The notes under the pieces: generated by a model
The model's database searches: none
Told to the model about the DNA's origin: nothing
The model's input: only the letters and a program-made list of their open reading frames with translations
Assembly (NCBI GenBank): GCA_964646715.1
Contig: CAZYFC010000001.1
Location: 1-33,088, forward strand
Length of the DNA: 33,088 nucleotides
Direction of reading: 5' to 3'
From: an uncultured Lachnospiraceae bacterium
GTDB lineage: Bacteria; Bacillota; Clostridia; Oscillospirales; CAG-272
Translations under genes and position numbers: made by a program
In this document: positions 31,620 through 33,088 of the stretch, in pieces
Position numbering within the stretch: the stretch's first letter is position 1
Layout of the letters: every line of letters starts with the position of its first letter

Positions 31620-32747
31620 TCAGTCCTCGAGGCTTTCTTTGTATTTCTTCTCCTCCGAGTCGGAGCAAAGGACGAAGTGACCGGGAAGGATCTCTCGGAA
31701 AGACGGCTGTTCGCTCGAATAGTCATGGTCACGGAGAGGGGAGTAGGTAATACGGGTGCGCTGTTTCTCGTAACGCGGATCGGGAAGCGGAATAGCCGAA
31801 AGAAGCGATCTCGTATAAGGATGCATGGGGTGGCGGAAAAGCTCGTCGGCATCGGCAAGCTCAACCATTTTGCCGTAGTACATAACGCCGATACGGTCGG
31901 AGAAGTACTTGACGACAGACAAGTCGTGCGCGATGAAGAGAATGGTGAGACCAAGCTCTTGACGAAGCTCGTTCAGAAGGTTGATGACCTGCGCCTGGAT
32001 AGACACGTCAAGCGCCGAAACAGGCTCGTCAGCGATGATCAATTCAGGCTGCATGATAACGGCGCGGGCAACGCCGATACGCTGTCTCTGACCGCCCGAA
32101 AACTCGTGGGGGTAACGTCCCGCATGCTCTCTGACAAGGCCGACGGTCTCAAGCACCTTATAGACCATTTCGTCGATCTTGTCCTTATCCTTCATACCCT
32201 TGATCACAAGGCCCTCGGCAATGATCTCCCTGACCGTCATACGGGGGTCAAGAGAGGCGATGGGGTCCTGAAAGATCATCTGGATACGGGTGATAAAGTC
32301 ACGCTCAACATGCTTCTGATCGTATCTTGCCTCAGCAATTTCCTTCTTCTGCTCGGCAAGGAATGCCGAAAGAGCGCTCTTTTCAGTGGCGATCCTTTCG
32401 TCCTTATCGACATCCTCGCTCGCCTTCAAGGCGGCGATCTTCCGTTTTGTCTCCTCAGTAGCCTTGCGGATCGCCTTTTTATAGGAAAGCGTGCCTGCGC
32501 CTATGCGCTGACCCTTGAAGTAGATGTTACCCGAGGTGATATTGTAAAGACGGATAATCGAACGGCCTGTGGTCGTTTTGCCGCAGCCCGATTCACCGAC
32601 AAGGCCGAAGACCTCACCCTTTTTCACGTCAAAGGAGACGCCGTCAACCGCCTTCACGGAGCCGAAATATTGGCAAAGATCCTCAACGCGCAGAAGAACG
32701 TTGTCTTCTTCATACGCCTTCTTAGCGTTCATCTTGCTTTCATTCAT
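31620..32747 (-). CDS. oppF: Oligopeptide/dipeptide ABC transporter ATP-binding protein (OppF-type) with an internal charged helical insertion
   Basis: Walker [11 protein letters not shown]-loop IQMIFQDP, signature [14 protein letters not shown] and Walker [12 protein letters not shown]. The start is at ATG 32747, with AGGAGG 8 nt upstream. The track start at 32756 is a GTG. Confidence 0.85.
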   Translation of the reverse strand: MNESKMNAKKAYEEDNVLLRVEDLCQYFGSVKAVDGVSFDVKKGEVFGLVGESGCGKTTTGRSIIRLYNITSGNIYFKGQRIGAGTLSYKKAIRKATEETKRKIAALKASEDVDKDERIATEKSALSAFLAEQKKEIAEARYDQKHVERDFITRIQMIFQDPIASLDPRMTVREIIAEGLVIKGMKDKDKIDEMVYKVLETVGLVREHAGRYPHEFSGGQRQRIGVARAVIMQPELIIADEPVSALDVSIQAQVINLLNELRQELGLTILFIAHDLSVVKYFSDRIGVMYYGKMVELADADELFRHPMHPYTRSLLSAIPLPDPRYEKQRTRITYSPLRDHDYSSEQPSFREILPGHFVLCSDSEEKKYKESLED

Positions 32748-33087
32748 TGCCGCCACCTCCTGTGATCTTAGTCATTCTGGCAATACGCTCTGTCACGATC
32801 CTCGGAGGATCAACCTTCGGTGCATCGGGATGCAGAAGCCAGGTGGCAGCAGAATGCGTGTCGCTGATCCTGAACATCGGAGGCTGCTCTTCAAAGTCGA
32901 TCTTGAGTGCATACTTATTTCTGTCGGCAAACGCGTCGCCAACAGGCGGATAGATCATGTTCGGAGGCGTGCCGGGGATAGCTTCGAGCCGTTCATTGGT
33001 ATCGAGGTCAGGCATGGAGGAGAGGAGCGCCCATGTGTAAGGATGTGCAGGTGAATAGAAAACGTCCTCCGAGGTGCCGTATTCAAC
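32740..33087 (-). CDS. oppD: Oligopeptide/dipeptide ABC transporter ATP-binding protein (OppD-type), C-terminal part only
   Basis: The frame stays open to the window end. The translation ...[20 protein letters not shown]... is the typical Opp/Dpp ATPase C-terminal extension. It overlaps the oppF start by 8 nt. Confidence 0.8.
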   Translation of the reverse strand, partial: VEYGTSEDVFYSPAHPYTWALLSSMPDLDTNERLEAIPGTPPNMIYPPVGDAFADRNKYALKIDFEEQPPMFRISDTHSAATWLLHPDAPKVDPPRIVTERIARMTKITGGGGNE

Positions 33088-33088
33088 G

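Noticed and set aside
1-33088. A window-wide look for CRISPR arrays, tRNA/rRNA genes, IS elements, integrases, inverted-repeat-flanked invertible promoters, and toxin-antitoxin or defence-type genes (nucleases, STAND/AAA ATPases, methyltransferase-restriction pairs).
   Set aside because: None found. The intergenic gaps are short and are accounted for by promoters, terminators, the riboswitch and the CIRCE elements. The only methyltransferase is the housekeeping prmC, and the only helicase is recG. By eye I saw no obvious compositional break suggesting a recent insertion; this was not computed.

Overview
This 33-kb segment looks like the chromosome of a Gram-positive anaerobe, probably Clostridia-type. 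That lineage call is an inference from GGAGG-type ribosome sites, TTGACA-17-TATAAT promoters, lipobox lipoproteins and gene content. All calls come from reading the sequence and recalling motifs; no database or HMM search was run.

I call 27 CDS, two of them cut by the window edges. I found no rRNA, tRNA, CRISPR array, transposase, integrase or phage genes.

Most of the content is housekeeping:
- Cell wall and amino-sugar metabolism: glmM-glmS, ddl, wecB.
- Nucleic acid, translation and biosynthesis: mtaB, upp, recG, prmC, cimA.
- Transport and stress: copA, oppDF, a partial ABC exporter, an Hsp20.
- Metal module: a Zur-like regulator plus a ZnuA-like binding protein, divergent from copA.

The more accessory-looking stretch is 1.1-9.3 kb, all on the minus strand. 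It holds a CotH-family lipoprotein, a small signal-anchored protein, a GxGYxYP-like/discoidin lipoprotein, a riboswitch-controlled FNT channel, a priming sugar transferase and WecB.

Features not visible in the ORF track:
- A ZTP (pfl-motif) riboswitch with a terminator platform, upstream of the FNT gene.
- A near-perfect CIRCE operator, plus a degenerate second copy, upstream of hsp20.
- About ten near-consensus sigma-A promoters.
- About ten hairpin terminators.
- An exact 24-bp tandem duplication between upp and a DUF2974 gene.

Hunt result: I do not see a self-contained novel defence, toxin or mobile system. The best second-look items, all of modest interest:
- The ZTP-FNT unit.
- The extracytoplasmic CotH / GxGYxYP lipoprotein set.
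- The Cys/His-tailed Zur-like regulator facing copA.
- The roughly 60-aa insertion in OppF.
- CIRCE control of a small heat-shock gene.
- The SLOG protein tucked behind recG.

Many long ORFs in the six-frame track are antisense shadows of real genes and are rejected. The track also uses GTG/TTG starts shown as M.
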